Positions 40,053-49,225 are shown, counted from the first letter of the stretch. The stretch is DNA of 64,000 nucleotides from Dehalococcoidia bacterium (GCA_050123275.1 JASFHK010000007.1:659-64658); one strand, 5' to 3'. Program-made: numbers and translations. Notes: generated from the letters alone by a model not told the origin.

Positions 40053-41645
40053 TTAAGAGCCGTAGGTTACGGTCAGCACCGCGCAATCCACCGGACTGTC
40101 ATCGTCAACGGCCACGTCGAGGAAACCCTCGCCCTCTATGACATCCAGGATACTGGTGGTGCCGTCGCCATACACGTCGCCCAGATTCAGGGTAATCGTC
40201 TCTACCTCACCCACCTGGACATCGAAGAAGGTGAGGTCATGGTTGATTTCCCAGACATCATCGGCGCCGCTGATACAGCCCACCTTGAGGTGGTCGTTAT
40301 CATGGGCTTCATCATCGTTCTTCAGCGTTATCTCCAGTGTAGCCGCGATAATGTGACATCCGCACGGCGGCTCCAAATCGGTAAAGGTATGCGCCCAGTA
40401 TTGGTTGGCTCCGGTCTCGTCGCAGTCCCGGCTGCCCTGAAGATCGGGATTGATTTCGCCATCCCTGGTGGCGTAATTGACGTCTATCCAATCCAGCAAA
40501 AGCTTACTGGGGCTGGGCGACTCGCCGTTTGCCGCGAAGTCGTCACACTCGCAAACCGTCAGCGTCACCGTCTCCTCGGCGCAAACCCCGGCCAAGACGG
40601 CACAATCCAGGTCGCTGACGACCTGCTCGCCGTAGTTGCCTGCCACGGAAACGACGTTACAGCAGTCCTCGGCGCAGACCACGTGGGCGTTGAAAACGAC
40701 CTCAACCGAGTCGTTGGGCTGTAATCCAGAAGTACACTTCCAGATCGGGGTATGCGTTCCGGCCAAATTGTAATAAGGGGATTCAGACGCCTGGGTCCTG
40801 CAAACCTCCACGGCGGGTCCATCGACATACTCCAGACAATCGGGCATGGTATCGTTTATAACAATATCGGTCAGCGGCACGCCGCCGTCGTTGGTCACTA
40901 TAATCTTAAACATTACGTTCTGACAGATTGTTTGCTCCGCGCTGTCCGCCCAGGTCTCACCGCCGTCAACGCTTACCGATTTTTCAACGTCGATGCTGGG
41001 GCCCTCCGGGCACTCGCAGCTAAAACACCACGCCGTGAAGATAAGCCCGTAGATTACTCCGCCCGCATCCCAGTGGTCGATATAGATGGTATAGTCTCCC
41101 GGACTCAGGCAGACGGGCTGTTCCCCACCCAGGATAAGCCAGAACGTGTCCGGGACATCGCTATACATCGCATCGTCCGGGTCATGCTCATGGAAAAGCG
41201 TCGGGCCGTCGAAGCCGGGCCCGTCGATGTAGAATTTAGCGCCGTCGTCAACGTAGGCCTGAAATAGTAACATCTGGCAGCCGCCCTCGGCGGTCACTTT
41301 CAGGGGAAGCCGGTAGTACTCGTGGTCGTTGCTTGCCGGGTGCTCCCAATCGGTATTACCGTACACCCAGTTGGCGCAATCGTCGTACATCTCCGACCAG
41401 GGAATCTTGGGGAACCTTATCCCCCAGTCCGAAGCGTCGGCATCATCCTGCGGGATGGTATTAACCGGCCCCCAGTCCCCGGCATCGGGATTATCCATGT
41501 CCCAGTTCTCCCCCTCCAGCACCTCCATACTCTCCATGCCGCTGTAAAGACAAGGGCACCTCTGGGTAATCCCGCATCCCCCTACCCCCACCAACAACCC
41601 CAACAAAACCAGGCAGACCGCCACCCCCAAAATCTTTGTTTTCAT
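40053..41645 (-). CDS. acidic Cys-rich lipoprotein with DUF11-like Ig domain
   Basis: signal ending VGGC; IDVEKSV..FKIIVTNDG..LTDIVINDTMPDCLEYV. Confidence 0.65.
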   Translation of the reverse strand: MKTKILGVAVCLVLLGLLVGVGGCGITQRCPCLYSGMESMEVLEGENWDMDNPDAGDWGPVNTIPQDDADASDWGIRFPKIPWSEMYDDCANWVYGNTDWEHPASNDHEYYRLPLKVTAEGGCQMLLFQAYVDDGAKFYIDGPGFDGPTLFHEHDPDDAMYSDVPDTFWLILGGEQPVCLSPGDYTIYIDHWDAGGVIYGLIFTAWCFSCECPEGPSIDVEKSVSVDGGETWADSAEQTICQNVMFKIIVTNDGGVPLTDIVINDTMPDCLEYVDGPAVEVCRTQASESPYYNLAGTHTPIWKCTSGLQPNDSVEVVFNAHVVCAEDCCNVVSVAGNYGEQVVSDLDCAVLAGVCAEETVTLTVCECDDFAANGESPSPSKLLLDWIDVNYATRDGEINPDLQGSRDCDETGANQYWAHTFTDLEPPCGCHIIAATLEITLKNDDEAHDNDHLKVGCISGADDVWEINHDLTFFDVQVGEVETITLNLGDVYGDGTTSILDVIEGEGFLDVAVDDDSPVDCAVLTVTYGS

Positions 41646-41666
41646 TCGGATTACCTCCCTTTTTTA

Positions 41667-41801
41667 GTCTATATAAAAAAGACGCCCGTAATCGCCGAAC
41701 CATCGGCCTTTCTGGCGTCTTTGTTGCCTCCGCCGCTTCCCTTTTGGACTTTTGGAGCCCCGCCACAATTATAAACACAATTTAAAATATGTCAATAGTC
41801 C
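41667..41801 (-). promoter_or_regulatory. shared promoter + terminator-like leader hairpin, copy 2
   Basis: GGACTA-TTGACA-N16-TATAAT; hairpin AAAGACGCC..GGCGTCTTTTTT at 41675-41722. Confidence 0.7.
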
Positions 41802-42040
41802 ACAAATATTACGCTTTAATGGTCATTAGTCACTCCGCCCGTCAGCCGACATCGATACCCCACATCCCCCTACCAAGGGAGTGCCCCCTTCCTCTAAAAC
41901 GGGAGAGTTGTATAGGTGTCGAGCCTCCCAATGACTGTTGTGCCTATTGACAACAGGCTTGTTTTGCTTTAGTGTGTTAAGGTTAGCAGGAAAGTACGAC
42001 ACCAGTACCAAGACTAAACTCACAAGGAGGTACTTCAGTT

Positions 42041-44017
42041 ATGAAGAAATATATAAGTGTTATTTTAGCCCTGCTACTCGTAGCCACGTTAAGCCTCGTG
42101 GGCTGCAACGATAAGGAGACACCGACGGTGAGCCTGGAGACGCCGGCCAACGGCAGTTCGGTCACCTCGCTGACCCCCATCCTCTCCTGGGACTACGAGT
42201 ACTCTAACGCCAGCTTCCGTCTGCAACTGGCCAGCGACGGCAGCTTCCAGAACCTGGTCGTCGACCAATCGAACATCAGCAGCCCCAGCTACAACGTAGC
42301 CAGCGGTAAGCTGAGTGAAGGCCAGACCTATTACTGGCGGGTAAACGCCACCAAGGACGGCCAGGTATCGGCATGGTCATCGGCCTGGTCCTTCCAGACG
42401 CCCGGAGCGGCGGCCGAGGTGGGTACTATCGTCGTCCAGGCCACTCTGGACGGCTCGCCCTGGACGGGTAACGTTAGCTACAGCCTCAGCGGCGCCGAAA
42501 GCTACTCGGGCACCTCGGTAAACCAGACCATCAGCAACGCCGCCGTAGGCAGCTACACGCTGGGCTATAACTCCGGAGGGCCGGCTGCCGCCGCCCTGTC
42601 CGACATTTCGCCCAGCGCCAGCCAGACACTATCCGCCGGCGGCACCGTAACCTTCACCCTCAACTTCACCACTTCGTCCGTCAGCGGGATTCAGGTCCAG
42701 GCCACGCTGGACGGCGCCACCTGGACGGGCAACGTCAAATACACCATAACCGGCCCTCAGGCCGAGTCGGGCACCTACGTAAACGAGACTTTCAGCAACC
42801 TGCCCGCCGGCAACTACACCCTGGGCTATAACTCCGGCGGCCCCAGCGGGGCGACACTGGGCAGCATTTCACCGAACCCGACCCAGACCGTAACCACGGG
42901 TGCCACCACCACCTACACCCTTAACTTCCACTCGCAAAACACCAGCCAGATTAAGGTCCAGGCCACGCTCAACGGCGCTCCCTGGTCGGGCGGTGTCGTC
43001 TATACCATACACGGGGCGTTACAGGATTCCCACAACATAGCGCCCTACACCTTCACCAACCTTCCCGTGGGCACCTACAGCCTGGTCTATAAGTACGGCG
43101 GCCCCTCGGGCGCCAGCCTGATGAGCATTACCCCGCAACCGACCCAGACCACGGCGGCCAACCATACCACCACCTTCACCCTTAACTTCGCCACGGGCAC
43201 TTCGAACACGGTGAAAATCCAGGCCACGCTGGACGGACAGCCCTGGTCGGGCAACGTCAACTACTGCCTGAGCGGGCCTTACTCCGATTGCGACAGCACG
43301 GTGCCGCTGAACCTGACCAACCTGCCCGACGGCACCTACTCGCTCACCTATCGCTCGGGCGGCCCTTCGGGAGCCAGCTTCACCGGTATTTCCCCGTCCT
43401 CGAGCCAGACGGTAAGCGGCGGCGGTATGATAACCTTTACTCTTATCTTCCACTCCGCGGCGTCGGGCACGATATCGGTTAACGCCATGCTCGACGGCGC
43501 TCCCTGGGAAACCGCTATCGGTTCGGGCACCATTAATTACAGCATCAGCGGCCCCATTTCGGACGCCAGCACCAAGATGCCCGATACCTTTACCAACCTG
43601 CCCGGCGGAACCTACACCCTTACCTATAACTCCGGCGGGCCTATCGGGGCGACGCTAACGGCTATCTCGCCGAACCCGACACAAACCCTGCCCGCCGGCG
43701 GTAGCATAAGCTACACGCTATACTTCAGCTCGCAACCCACGGGCACCGTCACCGTCAACGCCACCGCCAACGGCGCTCCCTGGAGCGGCGCGGTCAGCTT
43801 TACCCTGTCCGGGCCTTACATGGATTCACACGGCTCCGTGCCCTATACCTTCGATGGCTGCCCGGCGGGGAGCTACACGCTCACCTACCGTTCCGGCGGC
43901 CCCGACGACATGACCCTCTACAGCATCGACGTGTCGGCGACACAGCAGTTAGACGCCGGAGGTAACATCACCTTCACCCTTGTCTTTGTAGGTGGAGGCG
44001 GCGGCGTTCTGGAATAA
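42041..44017 (+). CDS. surface lipoprotein: FN3-like domain plus six ~88-aa beta-rich repeats
   Basis: lipobox LVGC; TYYWRV; six repeats I.V.ATL.G.PW.G...Y.L.Y.SGGP.GA.L..ISP...QT...TFTL.F. Confidence 0.75.
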   Translation: MKKYISVILALLLVATLSLVGCNDKETPTVSLETPANGSSVTSLTPILSWDYEYSNASFRLQLASDGSFQNLVVDQSNISSPSYNVASGKLSEGQTYYWRVNATKDGQVSAWSSAWSFQTPGAAAEVGTIVVQATLDGSPWTGNVSYSLSGAESYSGTSVNQTISNAAVGSYTLGYNSGGPAAAALSDISPSASQTLSAGGTVTFTLNFTTSSVSGIQVQATLDGATWTGNVKYTITGPQAESGTYVNETFSNLPAGNYTLGYNSGGPSGATLGSISPNPTQTVTTGATTTYTLNFHSQNTSQIKVQATLNGAPWSGGVVYTIHGALQDSHNIAPYTFTNLPVGTYSLVYKYGGPSGASLMSITPQPTQTTAANHTTTFTLNFATGTSNTVKIQATLDGQPWSGNVNYCLSGPYSDCDSTVPLNLTNLPDGTYSLTYRSGGPSGASFTGISPSSSQTVSGGGMITFTLIFHSAASGTISVNAMLDGAPWETAIGSGTINYSISGPISDASTKMPDTFTNLPGGTYTLTYNSGGPIGATLTAISPNPTQTLPAGGSISYTLYFSSQPTGTVTVNATANGAPWSGAVSFTLSGPYMDSHGSVPYTFDGCPAGSYTLTYRSGGPDDMTLYSIDVSATQQLDAGGNITFTLVFVGGGGGVLE

Positions 44018-44042
44018 GCCGCGCGATATACGAGAATAACGG

Positions 44043-44075
44043 AGAAGCCCTCTCTTTCGAGAGGGCTTCTTTTTT
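44043..44075 (+). terminator. intrinsic terminator
   Basis: AGAAGCCCTCTC-TTTC-GAGAGGGCTTCT-TTTTT. Confidence 0.88.
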
Positions 44076-44192
44076 CCCGCTTAACTGAACAAGACCCTTG
44101 ATAGTACAAAGCGATGCAACCTTAAACTCGTCTTGGATTTCATCAAATCCGAAACTTTACCTAGAGTTTAAGCTTATTGCGCAATCTTAATA

Positions 44193-45152
44193 CTAAATAG
44201 CTTTACCCCAAATGATAGCCAGTGACTCCAATAGTTCTACTGGTAAAGCATCTGCCCAAAGGTGCTTTAAACGGAAAGGATCCTTATCAAGTCGCTCAAA
44301 AACTAATAAGGTCTCGGGTTGAAAAAGCAAGGGATTGCATCGTTCATCTTGTGCATAATCGCGAAAAATATCTTCTAACTTTCCTTGATTATGCTCTACA
44401 AAGTCATCAAGTAATGAACCAAAGCCTTCTAGTTCCTCAACTGAAAACAATGGAAGTAATTTCGGAATAATGGCCAGAGACAGCTTTCGATCAAATGTCC
44501 TTACCGTGAATTGCAAAAAGTTTTTCTCTACTTGGTCAAGAATACCTGCCTCTTGGAAGCCTGGCAATTCCAAAATGGTACTCCTAGCCTGTGCTATTTC
44601 TTGGTCGAATATCTCAACAAGGGACATCAGACGATAGATTGCTCGCTTGATTTCTACTGGCGGTGTTTGTAACGGTTTGTACATAAGCTCATGGGATACA
44701 TCAGCCCATAAGTTTTGAGCCCGTGTATGCAGTTGAATCTCGCAAATCAGTCCATGGAATCTCTCGGCATGCGATTCTTTGTTTTGTAAGGTAACTCTAA
44801 AGTGAATACCGAGGTATCCTAATTGGTCATAATCGAGCCCTACAATCTTATTTTCATACTTAAGCACATTGAACAAACCCCGAATGATTTTTTCCACATT
44901 GTCAAGTTGGTCGTAATAGGTCAAAACAACCCTGACACCCGCTTTATCGAAGATCTCATCATAGGGATTTGTGTAGCGCTTGCGCAGTGCTTTCTTAAGC
45001 AAGCTAGCAACTTCCTTTGCACGCGCACTCACGATACACGCGATTCCTCGCCGTCGTGTCTCAGCCTCCAAAATGCTTTTAACATACTCTGAAAAATCTT
45101 TATACAGCCCTCGCTCAGCTATCCACCTTTCACGCAGCGCTTCCAGTTCCAT
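44193..45152 (-). CDS. stand-alone RelA/SpoT synthetase-domain protein with C-terminal extension
   Basis: RAKEVASLLKK, DKAGVRV, GYLGIH, EIQLHT..QNLWADVSH; ATG overlaps upstream TGA (TGATG). Confidence 0.85.
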   Translation of the reverse strand: MELEALRERWIAERGLYKDFSEYVKSILEAETRRRGIACIVSARAKEVASLLKKALRKRYTNPYDEIFDKAGVRVVLTYYDQLDNVEKIIRGLFNVLKYENKIVGLDYDQLGYLGIHFRVTLQNKESHAERFHGLICEIQLHTRAQNLWADVSHELMYKPLQTPPVEIKRAIYRLMSLVEIFDQEIAQARSTILELPGFQEAGILDQVEKNFLQFTVRTFDRKLSLAIIPKLLPLFSVEELEGFGSLLDDFVEHNQGKLEDIFRDYAQDERCNPLLFQPETLLVFERLDKDPFRLKHLWADALPVELLESLAIIWGKAI

Positions 45153-46201
45153 CAACGCTTTCCCTGCAATCGCTTCACTCTATCTTCTATCTCTAAATGA
45201 GTCCGTCCATCATCTAGGTCTTTCATCTTAACATGCTCTTTAAAGGTTTCTGGGTTCCCTAACACCGCAAGGCCGCTCTGAAATTCGAGCTGTATTCGCT
45301 TTAGATGCGTCCCGATAAGTGATATATCCTTTTCAAATGGTTGTGGTAAAACCGAGGCATCACTTAAATAGTCTATATATTTCTGCCGATCTTCCACGTC
45401 TAAGTGGGCACGCGCGAATGATCTCGGATCGAATGTTCCCGCCTGACTTCCTAGCTCCGCTAGCAGAGCGATTTCGTAACGTGCCTTTGCTTCCGGCTCA
45501 GCGATTTCCTCATGGATGAAGCCCTCGGTAGCATGGAACAACCGTTTTGTCGTGACTTCAGGTGCCTCCCGAAGGTTGCAACCTAAAAACTTTCTCAAAA
45601 AGAAATCCGCCACTTCTGTAGTTGGATAGTATCCCCGTTGGTTATCCGATACAGCTCCCTCGATAGACTCCAGGGTAACACCTGTTTGCACAAACAATCC
45701 GACTTTAAACACCCTCGTCTTTTCAGTAAGCATAAGGTCACGAATATGCTCTAGGCGAAAAGTCGATTTCCCTTGCAACTGCTCTTGTTGCAGACGCACT
45801 CCGGCTTCTCTTTCTAATTTTATAATAGCGATGGCCCTTTGTTGAACAACCTCCGCTTGTACCACGCAAAGTAACCCGGCTGGATTTACACCTGTCTGCA
45901 TTCTGTAAAGATGGGATGCCACATCTCTAGACATTGATACGAAATCTGCCGTCTGTATGCCAAGATTATCAAGAACTAATGGCGGCACAGGAGATAGCGA
46001 ATCGGGGTCAAAAATTACATCGAACGCAGCTGTATCAAGTGTACCGATAATTTTCTCCCTAAAGTAATTCCTCAGTTCTGGAGTGAGAGGGCTCTCAATT
46101 TCACTGAGTACAGGGGGTTCCCCACCACCACCCACTGGTCTCGGCGGAACGTCGTGAACTATCACCTTTTCTACATGTAACCTACCTAAATCAATCCTCA
46201 T
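45152..46201 (-). CDS. nucleoid-associated protein, YejK/NdpA (NA37)-like
   Basis: VIVHDV, SRDVASHLY..Q, IAIIKLE, VADFFLRKFLGC, TKRLF pattern; 349 aa; RBS AGGAGG. Confidence 0.65.
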   Translation of the reverse strand: MRIDLGRLHVEKVIVHDVPPRPVGGGGEPPVLSEIESPLTPELRNYFREKIIGTLDTAAFDVIFDPDSLSPVPPLVLDNLGIQTADFVSMSRDVASHLYRMQTGVNPAGLLCVVQAEVVQQRAIAIIKLEREAGVRLQQEQLQGKSTFRLEHIRDLMLTEKTRVFKVGLFVQTGVTLESIEGAVSDNQRGYYPTTEVADFFLRKFLGCNLREAPEVTTKRLFHATEGFIHEEIAEPEAKARYEIALLAELGSQAGTFDPRSFARAHLDVEDRQKYIDYLSDASVLPQPFEKDISLIGTHLKRIQLEFQSGLAVLGNPETFKEHVKMKDLDDGRTHLEIEDRVKRLQGKR

Positions 46202-46363
46202 GTAGACCCCTCCTGCGATAGAATAGGTGTGACTTAAGTCTCTCTGTACTTCGGCTTTTCTTTTTCGATTATCCCAGCTTCTCCAGTTATACTTTACTGA
46301 CTCCTTCCAAACGAGCTAAAAACCTAAATCTGTAAAGAACTCACCTAACCTCAGACTCTTACC

Positions 46364-46400
46364 CCGATTATACACCCGATTTCTGTTATGTCAACAGTCC
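46364..46400 (-). promoter_or_regulatory. shared promoter module, copy 3
   Basis: GGACTG-TTGACA-N16-TATAAT; 31/37 nt identical to 35694-35730. Confidence 0.75.
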
Positions 46401-46439
46401 CCTTTCACACCCCGCCTATAGCCACCTGTCTCACCCCCA

Positions 46440-46576
46440 CTTTCCATAACGGACGCCAAAAACAATTCCCCTTTTCCCCAAAATCCGTGCCTGCTTACCA
46501 TAACGGCGCCCCGAAACAAATACCCCTTTTCTCCAAAACCCCGTTTACTTACCATAACTCTAAAAACAAATCCCCT
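46440..46576. repeat. three degenerate tandem repeats, 54-bp period
   Basis: CCATAAC at 46444, 46498 and 46552, each followed by AAACAA.T.CCC. Confidence 0.75.
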
Positions 46577-46657
46577 GCCCGTCCGCACCCGATTTGTTTC
46601 CCCCGATTTTTCTTGCCCGTATTTTTGTCGCCCCCACTTGTGCTAAAATAAACCCAT

Positions 46658-49225
46658 ATGATTCCCATCAAGCTTTCCATGCGCAACTTCATGCCCTACC
46701 GCGACCACGTGCCCCCGCTATACTTCAACGGCATCCACACCGCCTGCATCTCCGGCGATAACGGCAACGGCAAGTCGGCGCTCATCGACGCCATGACCTG
46801 GGCGCTCTGGGGCAAGGCGCGCTCGAAGAGCGACGACGACCTCATCCACCAGGGGCAGGACGAGATGGAGGTGGAGTTCGATTTCAAGGTGGGCGAGCAG
46901 GGCTACCGCATCATCCGCAAGCACTCCCGCCCCAAGCGCGGTGGCAAGACGGGCAAGAGCCTGCTGGAGTTCCAGGTGGCCTCCGACGACGGCTACAAGC
47001 CCGTCAGCGCCGAGAGCATCAGCCTTACCCAGCAGAAGATTATCGACACCCTCCACATGGACTACGCCACCTTCGTCAACAGCGCCTTCCTGCGGCAGGG
47101 GCACGCCGACGAGTTCACCAACCAGCCGCCGGCCAAGCGCAAGGACGTGCTGGGCAACATATTGGGGCTGGAGTTCTACGACGAGCTGGAGCAGCGCGCC
47201 AAAGAACTGGCGCGGGAACAGGCGGCGGAGGGAGAGCAGCTGGAAAGCGTCCTTGAGGAAATCAACCGCGAGCTGGCCCGGAAAGCGGAATACGAAGCCG
47301 AGCTGGCGCAGGCGCAAACGGCGCTGGAGGCAGCGGAGAAGGTCCTGAAAGAGCACGAAACCAGGCTGAACCGGCTCAAGAAGGACAAAGAAGCCCTGGA
47401 AAGCAAGAAACAGCAGCTGGCCCAGCTTGAGGAGCACGCCGCCGTCACCAGAAGCGACCTGGAGGGACGCCGTCAGGAAGTCGCCCGCTACCAGGAGCGC
47501 ATCAAAGAACACGAAGCGCTCATCGCCCGGCGCGCGGAGATCGAGGAAGGCTACGCTCAATTCGCCGACGCCCGCCGGCAGACCGAGGCGCTCAACCAGA
47601 AGCTGGGGCTGCTGCTCAAGCTCCAGAACCAGAAAAACCAGCTCGAGAAAGAAATCCAGGCGGCGCAGTCGGAGCTGCTCACCCGGCACAAGCTGGCCGA
47701 GAGCAAAATCGCCGACCTGGAAGCTAAAGCCGCCGAACTGCCCCGGCTCAAAGACGAGCTGAAGCAGGCGCAGGCGGAACTGCAAAAACTGGCCGAAGCA
47801 GAAGCGGCGCTGAAGGCGAAACAGCAGTCCGCCCGGGAAATGCGCACCGCTATCAACTACCTGGAATCGGAGATAAACGGCCTCAAAAAAGAGATTGACG
47901 GTATCGCCAAGAACATCGACACCCTCTCCCAGGCCGAAGCCAAATGCCCGGTCTGCGGCACCGAACTTAACGAAGACCACTTAAAAAAGATTCAGGGCAA
48001 CTACGCCGCCGAACGGGACGAAAAAACCAAGGCGATTGAGACAAAACAGGTCGAGTTATCTGCCAAAAAGCAAGAGCTAGCAACACTGGAAAACGAGATA
48101 GCCTCGCTGGAGACAGGGCTGAATAAGGATAAAGCCGCCGCCCAGAGCGGGGTCAGCCTGCTCAACAAGGACATCAGCGAAGCCCAGGCCGTCGCCAGCC
48201 AGCTCGATGAAGTCAGGGAAAGCCTTAAAGAAATCGAGCAAAGCCTGGCCGCCAAGGACTTCGCCGCCGCCAAAAAGCCGGCCCTGGAGCAAGTCGAGGC
48301 AGAGCTGGCCAAGCTCGATTACGACTCGCTAAAGCACGAAGCCCTGCAAAAGCGCCTTAAAGAACTGGAGCAGTACGAAGCCCCCCAGCGCCAGCTCGAA
48401 GAAGCCGACCGGCTCATCGAACAGGAAAAAGAGGCGCTGGCTAAAGCCGAAGCCGCCGGCCGGGAGCTGGAACAGCGGCTGGAAGCCGACACCAGCAAAG
48501 GGCAGGACCTGAAAAAAGCGCTGGAAAGCCTACCCCGGGTAACCGCCGATTTAACCCAAGCGGAAAGCGAGCACCAGCCGCTTTCGGCGGAGCAAAAGCG
48601 GGCGCAGCAGCTGGTCTGGAGCGTAAAAGCCAGGCTGGAGCGCTGCGACGAGCTGGAAACCCGCAAAAAGGAAAAGGAAAAGCAGCTGGGGCAAGCGTCC
48701 AAAGAGGCCAAAATCTACAAAGACCTGGCGCAGGCCTTCGGCAAAAAGGGCATACAGGCGTTAATCATCGAGATGGCGTTGCCCGAAATCGAGGCCGAAG
48801 CCAACCGCCTGCTGGCGAAAATGACCGACGGCCGCATGCACGTCAAGATGGAAACGCAACGGCAGACCAAGAAGGGCGAGCCGGTGGAAACGCTGGACAT
48901 CAAAATCAGCGACGAGCTGGGCACGCGCAACTACGAGATGTTCAGCGGCGGCGAGGCCTTCCGCATCGACTTTGCCGTGCGCATCGCCCTCTCCAAGCTG
49001 TTGGCCCGCCGGGCCGGGGCGCCGTTGCCCACCCTGATTATCGACGAGGGCTTCGGCACGCAGGACAGCAGCGGCATCGAAAAGCTGAAAGAGGCGATAA
49101 ACTCAATACAGGACGACTTCAAAAAGATACTGGTCATAACCCACATGGAGGATTTGAGAGACGCCTTCCCCACGCGCATCAACGTGGTCAAAACGGCGCA
49201 GGGTTCGACGATGGAGGTTAGCTAG
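46658..49225 (+). CDS. sbcC: SbcC/Rad50-like SMC ATPase
   Basis: GDNGNGKS, LRQG, coiled coils, CPVC zinc hook, FSGGE, IIDEGFG, VITH. Confidence 0.88.
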   Translation: MIPIKLSMRNFMPYRDHVPPLYFNGIHTACISGDNGNGKSALIDAMTWALWGKARSKSDDDLIHQGQDEMEVEFDFKVGEQGYRIIRKHSRPKRGGKTGKSLLEFQVASDDGYKPVSAESISLTQQKIIDTLHMDYATFVNSAFLRQGHADEFTNQPPAKRKDVLGNILGLEFYDELEQRAKELAREQAAEGEQLESVLEEINRELARKAEYEAELAQAQTALEAAEKVLKEHETRLNRLKKDKEALESKKQQLAQLEEHAAVTRSDLEGRRQEVARYQERIKEHEALIARRAEIEEGYAQFADARRQTEALNQKLGLLLKLQNQKNQLEKEIQAAQSELLTRHKLAESKIADLEAKAAELPRLKDELKQAQAELQKLAEAEAALKAKQQSAREMRTAINYLESEINGLKKEIDGIAKNIDTLSQAEAKCPVCGTELNEDHLKKIQGNYAAERDEKTKAIETKQVELSAKKQELATLENEIASLETGLNKDKAAAQSGVSLLNKDISEAQAVASQLDEVRESLKEIEQSLAAKDFAAAKKPALEQVEAELAKLDYDSLKHEALQKRLKELEQYEAPQRQLEEADRLIEQEKEALAKAEAAGRELEQRLEADTSKGQDLKKALESLPRVTADLTQAESEHQPLSAEQKRAQQLVWSVKARLERCDELETRKKEKEKQLGQASKEAKIYKDLAQAFGKKGIQALIIEMALPEIEAEANRLLAKMTDGRMHVKMETQRQTKKGEPVETLDIKISDELGTRNYEMFSGGEAFRIDFAVRIALSKLLARRAGAPLPTLIIDEGFGTQDSSGIEKLKEAINSIQDDFKKILVITHMEDLRDAFPTRINVVKTAQGSTMEVS

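Noticed and set aside
44079-44175. Integron attC site (GTTAAGC on the minus strand)
   Set aside because: No matching RYYYAAC/L-box pairing and no integrase in the window.
46440-46576. CRISPR array
   Set aside because: Only three degenerate units, the intervening parts are similar rather than unique spacers, and there are no cas genes.
46388-46651. 87-aa ORF with 18-aa repeats
   Set aside because: No RBS, overlaps two promoters, and simply reflects the 54-bp DNA repeat.
46658-49225. SMC gene as a Lamassu/Wadjet defence component
   Set aside because: Host-like composition, SbcC/Rad50 features, divergent from the insert, and no cognate partner genes.
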